The notes under the pieces are model-generated. The model searched no databases, had not been told where the DNA came from, and worked only from the letters and a program-made list of their open reading frames with translations. A DNA stretch of 64,000 bases from IMG/VR virus record IMGVR_UViG_2884411467_000001, positions 1 through 64,000 of that record; one strand, 5' to 3'. Shown here one piece after another: positions 10,513-19,586 of the stretch (position 1 is its first letter; every line of letters begins with the position of its first letter). A program made the position numbers and the translations under genes. The DNA is from a virus (Duplodnaviria > Caudoviricetes).

Positions 10513-12389
10513 GCAATCGCTCCTACACCCGAGTATCCAATCCGCGTGCTCGCCGTCACACTGCCGTCAGTCGATTTCACTTTCGCCTGCGTACCTGGCG
10601 GGGCATTCGGAAGTGTCACTTCCACGTGGACGCGGCCGTTGACCTGCGATGCGCCAGCGGAATCAGCATTGGGAGAACCCGCCGCATATGGACCTGCGGG
10701 GGCCGATGCCTGCGTCGCGCCATCACCGCCATTCATCCACGAGGCTGCGAGATAACCCCGCCGGCTCGCTTCGCCAGCGGCATCCGCCGGTCGCTCGTAG
10801 AGGCTGGACACGATAGCGCCAGCCTGATCAGCGGAGGTCGCACCACGCAAGGCCGAGCCAGCGTTTTGCTCATTGCCCTTCGTCAATTCGTATTGAACGA
10901 AGCCGAGCTGATCGAGCAACGACGATCCGCGGATGCTATGCCCAGACCACTGCTCGAATGCCTTCTGCCGATCCGCGTGCCATTGGCCGACACCAAAGGC
11001 TGCCCCGTTGTCTCCACTCGCATTCGGGTTGAGGGAGCTTTCGGTGGCAAGGTTGGCCGCAATGCCCGCCGCTTGGGCCTGACTCCACCCCTGCCCCTGG
11101 AAATAATCCATGACCCGCTTGCGCAGACCTGTGTCGATCTTGGAGGACGCAACGCCCGCCTGATATTTCCCGTAGAGAGCCTTCTGCTCCGAGTCGCTTT
11201 GCCAGAAGTGTCCGTTTGCCGCCTTCCATGCGTCGAAACTCATGCCGCCGCCGGAAGGGTCGCCATATGGCTTGGCCTGGGCGAATGGATGGGCGAACTG
11301 GTCTTTCAGGTAGTCCAAGCCGCTCGAAAAGTGCTGCTTGGTGTCCCTGATATGGTCGAAAACGGAGGCGATGTCTTTGGCCGCTTCGCCGATGTCCTTG
11401 AGGCTGTCTTTGACACCTACCAGGAACTGCGACGCATTGTTCCCGATCTCTTTCCAGTCAATACCCTGGATGTATTCTGCAACTCGCTTCACTACTCCAG
11501 CCACGTCCTGGCTGATCAGCTCGCGGTTGTTGGCTACCCAAGTGGCCAGCCCATCAACGAACGGCTGAAGGGCCGGCATGGCCTTGTCCATAACCGATTG
11601 CCCGAGCCCTTCCACCGCCATCTTCATGCCGGAGATGCTCAGCGCGAAGGCATCGGCATTGCGGATGTCTTCGGGAGAAGACACGTAGCCCAGCCGCTTC
11701 TGCAGGGCAGCATAGCGCGCGATACCCGCCTCGCCTTGGCGCAGGACTGGCAGCATCGCACTGACGCCCAACTGATTCGCGAGCAGCGCCTGTGCGTAGG
11801 GGTTGTTGCGCAACTGCGGGCTCGTCATCACCTTGGCGATCGCCGTCATTTCCCCGACGACATCCCACGCTCCATCCTTGGTGCGCTTGAGACCGACGCC
11901 AACACGATTCAAGAGCATGAGGGCGCCCTGGTTGCGCCCCCATCGAGCGTCCTGCATCACCGTGCCCAACGACTCCAGACTCGAAGTCACCGAGTCGGCC
12001 GATATGCCGGCCAGGGCACCAATCCCCTGCATCTGCTGCAGCTTCGTGGTCGTGATGCCGATGCCCTGGGCGGCGTACGTCGTGGCCCGGCCAAAGTTGG
12101 CCCAACGGTCCACCAGTACAGTCATGCCGGCCAGCGTAGCCACGCCCGTGATCGCGGCCAACGGAGTGGCCATTGAGGTCAGCGATCGAGCGGTCTTGAT
12201 GCTGACGCCACCGATCGCCGATATGCCGCGACCGATGGCAGGGAGATGAAGCTCCTTGCCGAGCGATCGGAAGGACTTGCCCACGTCCTTGAACGGGCGC
12301 GCCATCCGGTCAAAAGCGTCGTTGACCTTTCGTACGGTCGCCGTCGCCTTGTCGGTCGCGGAGATGACAATGTTGAATGTATTAGCCAT
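10509..12389 (-). CDS. Tape measure protein with phage tail lysozyme domain
   Basis: Ala-rich helical body; GWSQAQAAGIAANL..ES.LNP...GVGQW lysozyme-like motif. Confidence 0.8.
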   Translation of the reverse strand: MANTFNIVISATDKATATVRKVNDAFDRMARPFKDVGKSFRSLGKELHLPAIGRGISAIGGVSIKTARSLTSMATPLAAITGVATLAGMTVLVDRWANFGRATTYAAQGIGITTTKLQQMQGIGALAGISADSVTSSLESLGTVMQDARWGRNQGALMLLNRVGVGLKRTKDGAWDVVGEMTAIAKVMTSPQLRNNPYAQALLANQLGVSAMLPVLRQGEAGIARYAALQKRLGYVSSPEDIRNADAFALSISGMKMAVEGLGQSVMDKAMPALQPFVDGLATWVANNRELISQDVAGVVKRVAEYIQGIDWKEIGNNASQFLVGVKDSLKDIGEAAKDIASVFDHIRDTKQHFSSGLDYLKDQFAHPFAQAKPYGDPSGGGMSFDAWKAANGHFWQSDSEQKALYGKYQAGVASSKIDTGLRKRVMDYFQGQGWSQAQAAGIAANLATESSLNPNASGDNGAAFGVGQWHADRQKAFEQWSGHSIRGSSLLDQLGFVQYELTKGNEQNAGSALRGATSADQAGAIVSSLYERPADAAGEASRRGYLAASWMNGGDGATQASAPAGPYAAGSPNADSAGASQVNGRVHVEVTLPNAPPGTQAKVKSTDGSVTASTRIGYSGVGAIA

Positions 12390-12552
12390 CGCCCTTCATC
12401 CTCGATGCTTGCTCGTTCCACCAGCTCAGCTCACGTAACGTCAAGGACCAGGCTTCGCGCGGTCCCCAGCGGTAAAACCGGGTGAGCTGAGCGATTAGCC
12501 CTGGCCAGCCTCTGCCGTCACTTCCCCACTGGCGTAGAAAGCGCCGAAAAAA
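12382..12552 (-). other. Programmed -1 frameshift site and extension (gpE+E'-like)
   Basis: Slippery T-TTT-TTC at 12552-12546; the -1 frame is open to TAA 12384-12382 and encodes ...IAQLTRFYRWGPREAWSLTLRELSWW... Confidence 0.75.
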
Positions 12553-12788
12553 TCGCTTGCTTCCATGAGGTCGCGCTGCGAGAACTTCTCCACGACAGAT
12601 CGCGGGATCTTGGCGATCAGGCTCACCAGAGTGATGTTCTGGCCAACGGTCGTTCCGGCGGCTTGGGCCTTCTCAAGCTCGCCGGCATCCGGTTCGCGGA
12701 GCTGAATCTCCGAATACGTGATAGCGGCCTGGTCCTTGCCGATGGTGATCGGCTTGCGCAGGGTGATGGTCTTTTCTTCCACGAGCAT
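12495..12788 (-). CDS. Tail assembly chaperone (Mu gp41/P2 gpE-like)
   Basis: ITLRKPITI...LREPDAGEL motif; lies between tube and TMP; start revised. Confidence 0.8.
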   Translation of the reverse strand: MLVEEKTITLRKPITIGKDQAAITYSEIQLREPDAGELEKAQAAGTTVGQNITLVSLIAKIPRSVVEKFSQRDLMEASDFFGAFYASGEVTAEAGQG

Positions 12789-12790
12789 GA

Positions 12791-13165
12791 TCAGTTCTCC
12801 GAGACGGCCCCCTGAGGGCCTTCCCATTTGACTTCGATGGTGGCGTCGGTGGACTTGGAGGTCTGTGCTTCGACCGTCCACATGTTTCGCCCGATGATGG
12901 TTTTTCCGTTGGCCAGCTCAGCCACGACGGTGACGCCGGTCATGGCGTTGAGGGAGGCCACGCTCAGGCCGCCCGAGTCGCGCAACGTGCAAGAGATGTG
13001 CGGCGCAATCGGCTTCTCGCTGTAGCCATGCACCGTGTCCTGGCCCGTCAACGTCTCACGCGTGACCAGTGACGGGTTGTATTCGAAGTCGCCAGCGAGC
13101 ATGTACGTCTGTCCGTCGACGGACAGGTACGCGGTGCCGGCAAGGCGATTGGTATTGCTGCCCAT
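12791..13165 (-). CDS. Tail tube protein (Mu gpM-like)
   Basis: RLAGTAYLSVDG...RETLTGQDTVHGYSE motif; follows the sheath gene. Confidence 0.85.
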   Translation of the reverse strand: MGSNTNRLAGTAYLSVDGQTYMLAGDFEYNPSLVTRETLTGQDTVHGYSEKPIAPHISCTLRDSGGLSVASLNAMTGVTVVAELANGKTIIGRNMWTVEAQTSKSTDATIEVKWEGPQGAVSEN

Positions 13166-13182
13166 GTGCGGTCTCCAGGCAA

Positions 13183-13207
13183 TAAAAAAGCCGCCCGAAG
13201 GCGGCTT
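13183..13207 (-). terminator. Intrinsic terminator-like hairpin between sheath and tube
   Basis: AAGCCGCC-CGAA-GGCGGCTT with a T run on the minus strand. Confidence 0.65.
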
Positions 13208-13238
13208 GGCTTAGGTCGATGGCGATTGCCCGAAGGGC

Positions 13239-14723
13239 TTAGAGGCGGAACTGCGCCAGCAGCGCGAACACGCGGAGCTGGTTGATCAGGGTTCCCGGCC
13301 ACAGCACGTCGACGCGATTCGGATTGGTCGCGTTCTGCTGCACGATGAGCGCCTGGGCGAATGCATCGCTGTTCTGCACATAGCCCTGGTATTCCAGGCT
13401 CCGGTATTCAGCGATCAGGTCAGCTTTGATGATCGACGGAGTGACGATGGCCGCTCCGGGAGCAAAGCGCGTGCCGTCGGCGGCCAATTTCATGCGGGCG
13501 TACTTGCTTGTGACGATGCCGGCAAGATCGCGCAGCACGAACGTCAGCAGGAACATGGTCTCGATCTCCAGATAGCTTGAGTCGGCCTGGCCGAATCCGT
13601 TCTTCTGGTACGTCGTGATGACGTTTTCCAGCGCCACCGTGCCGTCCTGGCCAACGGTGAATGTGGAAATGCCGTCGAACAGCAACGTATTGCGTTCGCC
13701 GAGAGTGAAGCGCGACTGCACGGGCGGGGCTAGCACCGTGCTCAGCTTCAGCGTCTGCGCGGGCCGACCCGGGTCAGCGCGGCAGGCAACGGCAAATGCG
13801 CCGGTATAGTCAGCCGCCCAGACCCAGTTCGGACTCGGGGAGTCATTGAAGCCCAGGACCGATTCATGCTGGTTGTTACGCGCCAGGCCAAAGGTGGTCT
13901 GGCTGGCCAGCGTGCCTCGATTGGCCGCGAACACGTGGCCATAGACCTGCTCTGCCCAGCTCCAGCGACCGGTCTGGTCGTTGAGGAGCGCCTGCAGGGA
14001 GTTGAGAGAGGCCGTGTCGTTGTATGGGCAAACGATGAAGTCGAACGGCATATCGGCGAGATTGCCGAGAGCAGTCGTCAGCGTCGGGTTGGTCGCGCCA
14101 CTGGCCATCGCCGTGATCGTCGCCGTGATACCTGCGGGGGTCACTTGGCCGCCTGCCGATCCCAGGTAGTTCAGGCGCAGATCAATGTCATTGCCTGCCA
14201 GACCCTTGTTGATCGCGGTGACCGTGACCGTACCGGTGGCTGCAGCGGCAGTGACCGGCAGGGTCGGATTGGCTGCGTTGATTGCAGCGGCCAGCGCGGT
14301 CGCAAGCGTGGTGGGCGTATCGGTCAGGGCGACCGGAATGCTCACCAGCTGACCGGCGACATATAGGCTGACGGTACCGGTCGCCGTCGGCGTGCCGGTG
14401 AAAACGACCGTTCCGCTGGCAGCCGTTGCGCCAGCAGCATCCGATAGCGGCAAGTACCAAACCTCGCCGAAGCTGTCAGAGTTCTTGTAGGCGGCCGTCA
14501 TGAGCGCCAGCATCGAGCCTTGACCGCCCTGCACGACTGCGTCGGCTGCGCCCTGGCTGATGATCGGGACGTTGGGAACCGCCTGACCGGCCGAGGTGAT
14601 CTGGCCAATGATCAGCGCGCGCTGCGTCTGCTGATTCGTATTCGCCTGCGAGTTGTCGACTTCCGCGAAGAAGAGCGGGACACGCAGGCCCTGGGGAATG
14701 TTGTTGAACGGAACGGTGCTCAT
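13239..14723 (-). CDS. Tail sheath protein (Mu gpL-like)
   Basis: LRVPLFFAEVDNSQAN start; ERNTLLFDGIST and NQLRVFA motifs. Confidence 0.9.
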   Translation of the reverse strand: MSTVPFNNIPQGLRVPLFFAEVDNSQANTNQQTQRALIIGQITSAGQAVPNVPIISQGAADAVVQGGQGSMLALMTAAYKNSDSFGEVWYLPLSDAAGATAASGTVVFTGTPTATGTVSLYVAGQLVSIPVALTDTPTTLATALAAAINAANPTLPVTAAAATGTVTVTAINKGLAGNDIDLRLNYLGSAGGQVTPAGITATITAMASGATNPTLTTALGNLADMPFDFIVCPYNDTASLNSLQALLNDQTGRWSWAEQVYGHVFAANRGTLASQTTFGLARNNQHESVLGFNDSPSPNWVWAADYTGAFAVACRADPGRPAQTLKLSTVLAPPVQSRFTLGERNTLLFDGISTFTVGQDGTVALENVITTYQKNGFGQADSSYLEIETMFLLTFVLRDLAGIVTSKYARMKLAADGTRFAPGAAIVTPSIIKADLIAEYRSLEYQGYVQNSDAFAQALIVQQNATNPNRVDVLWPGTLINQLRVFALLAQFRL

Positions 14724-14914
14724 TCGTCACTGCTCCCATTGTTCGCACCTGGAACGGTGCGGACGGCAGTCGGAGGCTGGGTCACCACGTCGCCATCGGC
14801 GATACGGCGGTTCCAGTACTGATCGTGTTCGCTGACCTCTCGCCCGGCATCGGGCAACAGGTCCTTCTTCACCGGGTCTCTGACGCTCAGACCGGGCGCG
14901 GGATAAACCACCAT
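14720..14914 (-). CDS. DUF2635 (Mu gp38-like) protein
   Basis: PAPGLSVRDP....LP..G.EV....YWNRRIADGDV motif. Confidence 0.8.
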   Translation of the reverse strand: MVVYPAPGLSVRDPVKKDLLPDAGREVSEHDQYWNRRIADGDVVTQPPTAVRTVPGANNGSSDE

Positions 14915-14924
14915 GGGGGCGCTC

Positions 14925-15554
14925 CTACTGCGGGAGTTGAATATCGAGCCCGCCCTCGGCACGACCATCCGGCCCGCTGGTTCGCGGAGCCGGCGTGACT
15001 GATGCCGGGAACGGTGGATTGGGATATGTGCCGCTTGGATCGGTCACGTTGGTCAGATCGGCATCGAGGGTGAGTTCCTCGATCGGCGTTCCGACGATGG
15101 GGTAGAAGTCTTCGGGGCCCTGGTAGAACTCCATGCCGATGTCGAGCGCCAGCTCGCCGAAGGCCTGGCTACCCTCGCTGTTGATTCCCATCTCGCTACG
15201 CGTGAAGGGAAACTGCTGCAGAAGAACCATGATCGATGGGTTGTTGATAACCGCCACTTCGATCTGTGCCTTCAGCGATTCAAGGGCTGCCTCGGCAACT
15301 GCGGTGCCTGCGTCGTTTGCCTGCGGCGGGACTTGCACACGGGCGATGATGCGGATCGTGGAGGTGACCTTGTATTGAGGCGCTCCATTTGGACCGAGAG
15401 ACTCCCGGTCCTCGATAGGCGTCTTCACGTAAATGACCGGATAGCTCATCGCGGTCGTCGGCCACGAACGCACCGAGTAAACGTTGCCGCCAGCGATATT
15501 TGATGCCTTCAACGCCGCGACGGTCAGGTCGCGGAGCTCTGCGGTCTGCGTCAT
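14925..15554 (-). CDS. Tail terminator / head-tail connector-like protein
   Basis: Position upstream of DUF2635 and sheath; GNVYSVRSWP motif. Confidence 0.55.
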   Translation of the reverse strand: MTQTAELRDLTVAALKASNIAGGNVYSVRSWPTTAMSYPVIYVKTPIEDRESLGPNGAPQYKVTSTIRIIARVQVPPQANDAGTAVAEAALESLKAQIEVAVINNPSIMVLLQQFPFTRSEMGINSEGSQAFGELALDIGMEFYQGPEDFYPIVGTPIEELTLDADLTNVTDPSGTYPNPPFPASVTPAPRTSGPDGRAEGGLDIQLPQ

Positions 15555-15877
15555 GGGTTGCCGGTGTCCTGGAGCATCAATTTGACCCAGCCGTGCCCGT
15601 CGGGGCGCACGTCATAGATCAGGTACAGCTTCCCAATGGATGGAATGCGGACCTGATCGTTTTGGACTGGTGGCGTGGTGAACTGAGCCAGGCGAACCCC
15701 GAGCACGGGCATGATCGCGTTGGCCGACAACGGATCGATCTGGTCGACCTCCTTGTAGGCCGCATCGAACACGCCCGTGATCGCAAAGCCGGTGCCGACG
15801 GCCGGCAGGTACGTCGCCGGTTCGCCGAACACCGCTTCCGTCGGCCCGAGCACGACCTGGTCCCAGTCAATCGGCAT
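15551..15877 (-). CDS. Head-tail joining protein (gpFII-like)
   Basis: FGEPATYLP...ITGVFD...DVRPDGHG motif; synteny. Confidence 0.7.
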   Translation of the reverse strand: MPIDWDQVVLGPTEAVFGEPATYLPAVGTGFAITGVFDAAYKEVDQIDPLSANAIMPVLGVRLAQFTTPPVQNDQVRIPSIGKLYLIYDVRPDGHGWVKLMLQDTGNP

Positions 15878-16116
15878 TACGCGACCGTTACGCGCGGACC
15901 TTCGTCCGCGCTCACCGACGGGCCCGGTCGAGGCAAGCTCACTTCCTCGCCCTTCTGGGCGAGGAAGCCAAGAGCGCGCAGGTGCTTGACCTCGGACGGG
16001 TCAATCAGCGCCTTCTCACCTTGCCGGCGCGTCTTGCCAGACGCATCGACCACGCTGCGACCGGCAGCAACGGTGACCTCAACGGTTTTCGCGGCGGCCA
16101 GAGCAGGCGCGGTCAT
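15877..16116 (-). CDS. Small virion-associated hypothetical protein
   Basis: MTAPALAAAK..., start overlaps the capsid stop codon; ORF-track start revised. Confidence 0.6.
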   Translation of the reverse strand: MTAPALAAAKTVEVTVAAGRSVVDASGKTRRQGEKALIDPSEVKHLRALGFLAQKGEEVSLPRPGPSVSADEGPRVTVA

Positions 16117-17195
16117 TACGACACCTGCGCGGCGCAGACGTTGGCCGATAACGATGCATTGACGCGGCTCGGGATCACGAGCGGCGAACTTTGCATAAGC
16201 AGGATGCGCTGGGCCGGATCGTTCTCCACCCAGGTCTTCGGCGCATACGGCAGGGCCGCATAGTTGAAGTTGGGATCGAGGATCTGGCCGAAGGCTCGCG
16301 TGCCCATCAGGTCCGGACCGGACATCAGCACGGTGCCGTCGACCAGCATCGGCTGCTCGACGTTGTTGTCGTCGATGTACCAGTCGTTGTAGAGCCACAG
16401 GTTGTACTGACCCCAGCGGCCTTTGTATTGCGCGCCGCGAGCGATCTGCGGGCCATTGTTGATGTTGTTGCCGCTCTCACCCAGCTTCGGGTAATAGATC
16501 GCGCCCTGGACGCCCTTGGCGTTGAGGAAGGCGAGCCATGCCGACGTGGTGAAGACAATATCGGTCGCAATTCCGCCCGACAGCTTCATGATCTGGTGCT
16601 GCCAGAACTCAATGCTCTGCGTCGGCACCGGATCACGGCCGTCAGCATCGAAGTTGGCCGAAATGCCCCAACGGCCGTTACCGGTCAGGGCGACGGTAAG
16701 GGATGAATCGCGGCCAAAGTCGATAATCTCGGTCGGAAAGCCCTCACCCTGGACGACCACCTTGCCGGTGGTCAGCGCCTGGGCGGCCATCCACTCGAGT
16801 CGGCGGTCGAGCATGTCGATCTGGTCAGCCATCTCGAAGTTGATATTGGCCATCTCGCGCTCGGCACCGGACAGGTCGCCACCGCCAATGCGCTCGCCGA
16901 TCTGACGCATCACGGGCTTGCGCAGGTCCGGGGCACGCTTGTCCTTGATGTACGCCGGCTTGTAGGTGTTGGTCTGGTAGCTGCGCTGCTGCACCAGCTT
17001 GCCCTGCACGAGGGGGCTAACGAACGGCGACATGCGGCGCAGGCCGATGTCGATATCGATGGCGACGTACTCGGTGTCGCTCATCTTGATGTTGGGGAAG
17101 AAGGTGTCCAGCAGAAACTTCTGCGAACGCTTCAGGGTCGGCACTACCTGGATCAGGTCGGTGGTGCTGAAGGGAAAAGTACTGGCGGCAGTCAT
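16116..17195 (-). CDS. Major capsid protein (lambda gpE family)
   Basis: FLLDTFFP...MSPFVSP...KPAYIKDK...RRLEWMAAQAL motifs. Confidence 0.9.
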   Translation of the reverse strand: MTAASTFPFSTTDLIQVVPTLKRSQKFLLDTFFPNIKMSDTEYVAIDIDIGLRRMSPFVSPLVQGKLVQQRSYQTNTYKPAYIKDKRAPDLRKPVMRQIGERIGGGDLSGAEREMANINFEMADQIDMLDRRLEWMAAQALTTGKVVVQGEGFPTEIIDFGRDSSLTVALTGNGRWGISANFDADGRDPVPTQSIEFWQHQIMKLSGGIATDIVFTTSAWLAFLNAKGVQGAIYYPKLGESGNNINNGPQIARGAQYKGRWGQYNLWLYNDWYIDDNNVEQPMLVDGTVLMSGPDLMGTRAFGQILDPNFNYAALPYAPKTWVENDPAQRILLMQSSPLVIPSRVNASLSANVCAAQVS

Positions 17196-17233
17196 CTAGC
17201 CTCTCCGAAGGGGGTCGTCTAACGCCGGCGCAT

Positions 17234-17261
17234 AAAAAAAAGCCCCGCATATGCGGGGCTT
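17234..17261 (-). terminator. Intrinsic terminator-like palindrome between decoration and capsid genes
   Basis: AGCCCCGCAT-ATGCGGGGCT with a T7-8 run on the minus strand. Confidence 0.7.
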
Positions 17262-17285
17262 CTCTTGGCCGGAGGACTCAGGTGG

Positions 17286-17981
17286 TTAGGGGGCGCTGTT
17301 GTTCGACGGCTGCGCGGCGGATACGGAGCTCTTGGCGAAGATGCCGTAGGGGCGCAGGCCCGCGACAAGAGCCGGCAGCGTCCAGGAAACGTCGAAGGTG
17401 AGCGCGGAGGCGTTGAACTCGCCTGCAAGGTAAGCGCCGGTGTTGACAGGGCCACCCGACGCATCCGCGTCGTCAGCGAGGATCGCAACCGGGGTCTGGC
17501 TACCGTCGCTGGCCGTCTTCACACACTCGATGTAGATGCCGACGGCATCCGAGACGGTAATGTTGAAGCCATCGCCGGCGACGAAGGCCGTGCCACCCGC
17601 GGTGATCGTGAAGTTCACGCCGGTGCTGGTAAATGGCGTACCGACCGTCGCGTTGCCAAGCGAAGTGCCTTCCGGATCGGTGACGGCGAAGACGGTCGCG
17701 CTCGTTGCGATAGCGGTATACACGCCAGTCTTCGGCGACGCGCCAACGCTGAGAGTGCCGATCGTGCCGTTGCCGGTATTGCCTGCTGCTGCGGCGGCCT
17801 CGATCGGGTTGACGGACTGCTGGCCGAGAACGGTCCCGCGCTTGAGCGTTCCAGCGCCAAGGATGATGGGCTGTGAGACGAGGTTTCGCGCGTCGGCAAC
17901 GAGCTGATCGGGGGTATAGACCTGCGCGAAGATACCCGGCTGTTGCGGGTTATCGCCGATGAAAGACGGAGTGAGGGCCAT
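17286..17981 (-). CDS. Head decoration protein (gpD-like)
   Basis: LKRGTVLG...ASDGSQTPVAILADD..AS...YLAGEFN motif. Confidence 0.8.
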   Translation of the reverse strand: MALTPSFIGDNPQQPGIFAQVYTPDQLVADARNLVSQPIILGAGTLKRGTVLGQQSVNPIEAAAAAGNTGNGTIGTLSVGASPKTGVYTAIATSATVFAVTDPEGTSLGNATVGTPFTSTGVNFTITAGGTAFVAGDGFNITVSDAVGIYIECVKTASDGSQTPVAILADDADASGGPVNTGAYLAGEFNASALTFDVSWTLPALVAGLRPYGIFAKSSVSAAQPSNNSAP

Positions 17982-18018
17982 GATGGTCTCCTGAAGTGGA
18001 ATGGGGTGTCAGGCGCGC

Positions 18019-18693
18019 TTACTTGCCGCGCGCCTTTTCGCCAGCGGCAACGATCGCGGCTGCAATTTTGCTCATGCCGGCGGGCGCGGCCGGGGCGTCA
18101 TCCGCGCCAGCCTGGGCGACACGAACGGAATCCATCCGCTGATCGAGGCGACCGGAACGCGAACTGGAACCAGCTGCCGTGGTCGTGAGAACCGCGACGG
18201 CTTCACGACGCGACATGTTCGTGTCGAAGGCGAGCGAAGCGGCTACGTCAGGGCGGACGCCTGCAGCGGCACACGCGAAGATGGCCTTGCAGCGAGCGCG
18301 CTCGCGGCGACGGGCCTTGGCCGAGGCGCTCTTTCCGCGCATTTCCTCATCGTCGTCATCTTCCTCAGCGTCGGCGTCGTCGCCCTCTTCGTCGTCCTCT
18401 TCAGCGCGACGAGCTCGCTTGGCCTTCCGGCCCTTTTTGCCGTCCTTATCTTCCTTCTCTTCCTTGTCGTTGTCCTCTTCGCCGTCATCTTCCTCGGCAC
18501 GGCGACCATCTTCGTGATCGTCCTTGTCTTCTTCCGCGCGACGCACGTCCTTCTTGTCGTCGTCCTCTTCATCCTCGGCACGACGTGCACGCTTGCCCTT
18601 ACGGGCACCGTCGTCATCCTCGGCGCGGACCAGGCCAAGCAGATGCGCAAAGGGCGCCGCAGCGGCACCCAGGCGGGTCAGGGTCTTGCTCAT
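18019..18693 (-). CDS. Scaffold-like protein with acidic/basic repeats
   Basis: Repeated RARRAE(E/D) units and D/E runs; ERARCKAIF motif; between protease and decoration genes. Confidence 0.65.
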   Translation of the reverse strand: MSKTLTRLGAAAAPFAHLLGLVRAEDDDGARKGKRARRAEDEEDDDKKDVRRAEEDKDDHEDGRRAEEDDGEEDNDKEEKEDKDGKKGRKAKRARRAEEDDEEGDDADAEEDDDDEEMRGKSASAKARRRERARCKAIFACAAAGVRPDVAASLAFDTNMSRREAVAVLTTTAAGSSSRSGRLDQRMDSVRVAQAGADDAPAAPAGMSKIAAAIVAAGEKARGK

Positions 18694-18713
18694 GTGTTTG
18701 ACTCCAGAGTGGA

Positions 18714-19586
18714 TTAGGCCAGCTCGGCAACGAGCGCCCGAAATGCGGCATCAGGCGCCGCCACAGCATCCGCGAGCCCCTTGGCTACGCCATCGGCGCC
18801 CAGGTAGGTCACGGCTTGGGTATCGCGCACCTTGCTGGCCGCGATATTCCGGTTACGGGCGACTGTCTCAACGAACAGTTCGCCCATGGTGTCGATGTCC
18901 GCCTGGAAGCGCTCAAGCGCCTCCTTCGACAGAGGAATTTCGGGGTGACCATCGGCCTTGCGGTCACCGTAAGTGATGAAGGTGACCTGCACGCCAGCAC
19001 TAGTCAGCGCTTTGGACATGTCGACGTGCATGCAGATCACGCCGATCGAGCCGACCCCACCAGTGCGTGGTACCAAGATCTTGTCGGCGGCGCTTGCCAG
19101 GGCGTATGCGGCTGAATACGCGCTCTCGGTGAGGATGCTATGGATCGGCTTGTCGCCGCGAGCGCGGTAGATCTCGTCTACCAGGTCAAAACAGCCTGCC
19201 ACCTCGCCGCCCGGTGAATCGATATCCAGCACAATCCCTTCGACAGCATCGTCCGACATCGCTGCTGTGAAGGCCTGACGAATCCCGTCGTAACCCGTCA
19301 TTCCCGACCACGGACGAAGGGTTCCGCACTTCTGCACCAGCGTGCCCTGTATCGGAATCACCGCGACCGGGCCGACCATGTCGTAACCACGATCGCGGCG
19401 GTCGTAGTCGAAGCTATCGTCATCGTCGAAAGCGAACGCCTGCGGCTGGAGCGTTCGGCCATCAGCGCCAAACATCTGCGTCACGCCGAGGCGTTCAGCG
19501 AGCGCCGCCATGATCACCTCGGCCTTATCGCGATGGATCGCGAGCGGGCGATTGAAAAGGCGCTGCGCCAAGTGCGCGAACTGCAT
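18714..19586 (-). CDS. S49-family capsid maturation protease (lambda gpC-like)
   Basis: LDIDSPGGEVAG, SAAYALASAA and TGGVGSIGV motifs. Confidence 0.9.
   Translation of the reverse strand: MQFAHLAQRLFNRPLAIHRDKAEVIMAALAERLGVTQMFGADGRTLQPQAFAFDDDDSFDYDRRDRGYDMVGPVAVIPIQGTLVQKCGTLRPWSGMTGYDGIRQAFTAAMSDDAVEGIVLDIDSPGGEVAGCFDLVDEIYRARGDKPIHSILTESAYSAAYALASAADKILVPRTGGVGSIGVICMHVDMSKALTSAGVQVTFITYGDRKADGHPEIPLSKEALERFQADIDTMGELFVETVARNRNIAASKVRDTQAVTYLGADGVAKGLADAVAAPDAAFRALVAELA

Noticed and set aside
10233-12176. 647-aa plus-strand ORF and similar long antisense ORFs (e.g. 37891-38862, 21640-22605, 45198-45866)
   Set aside because: Shadow ORFs of well-supported genes in GC-rich DNA; no motifs or RBS.
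18250-18620. Repetitive DNA in the scaffold gene as a non-coding array
   Set aside because: Explained by repeated RARRAE and D/E-rich peptide units in the coding frame.
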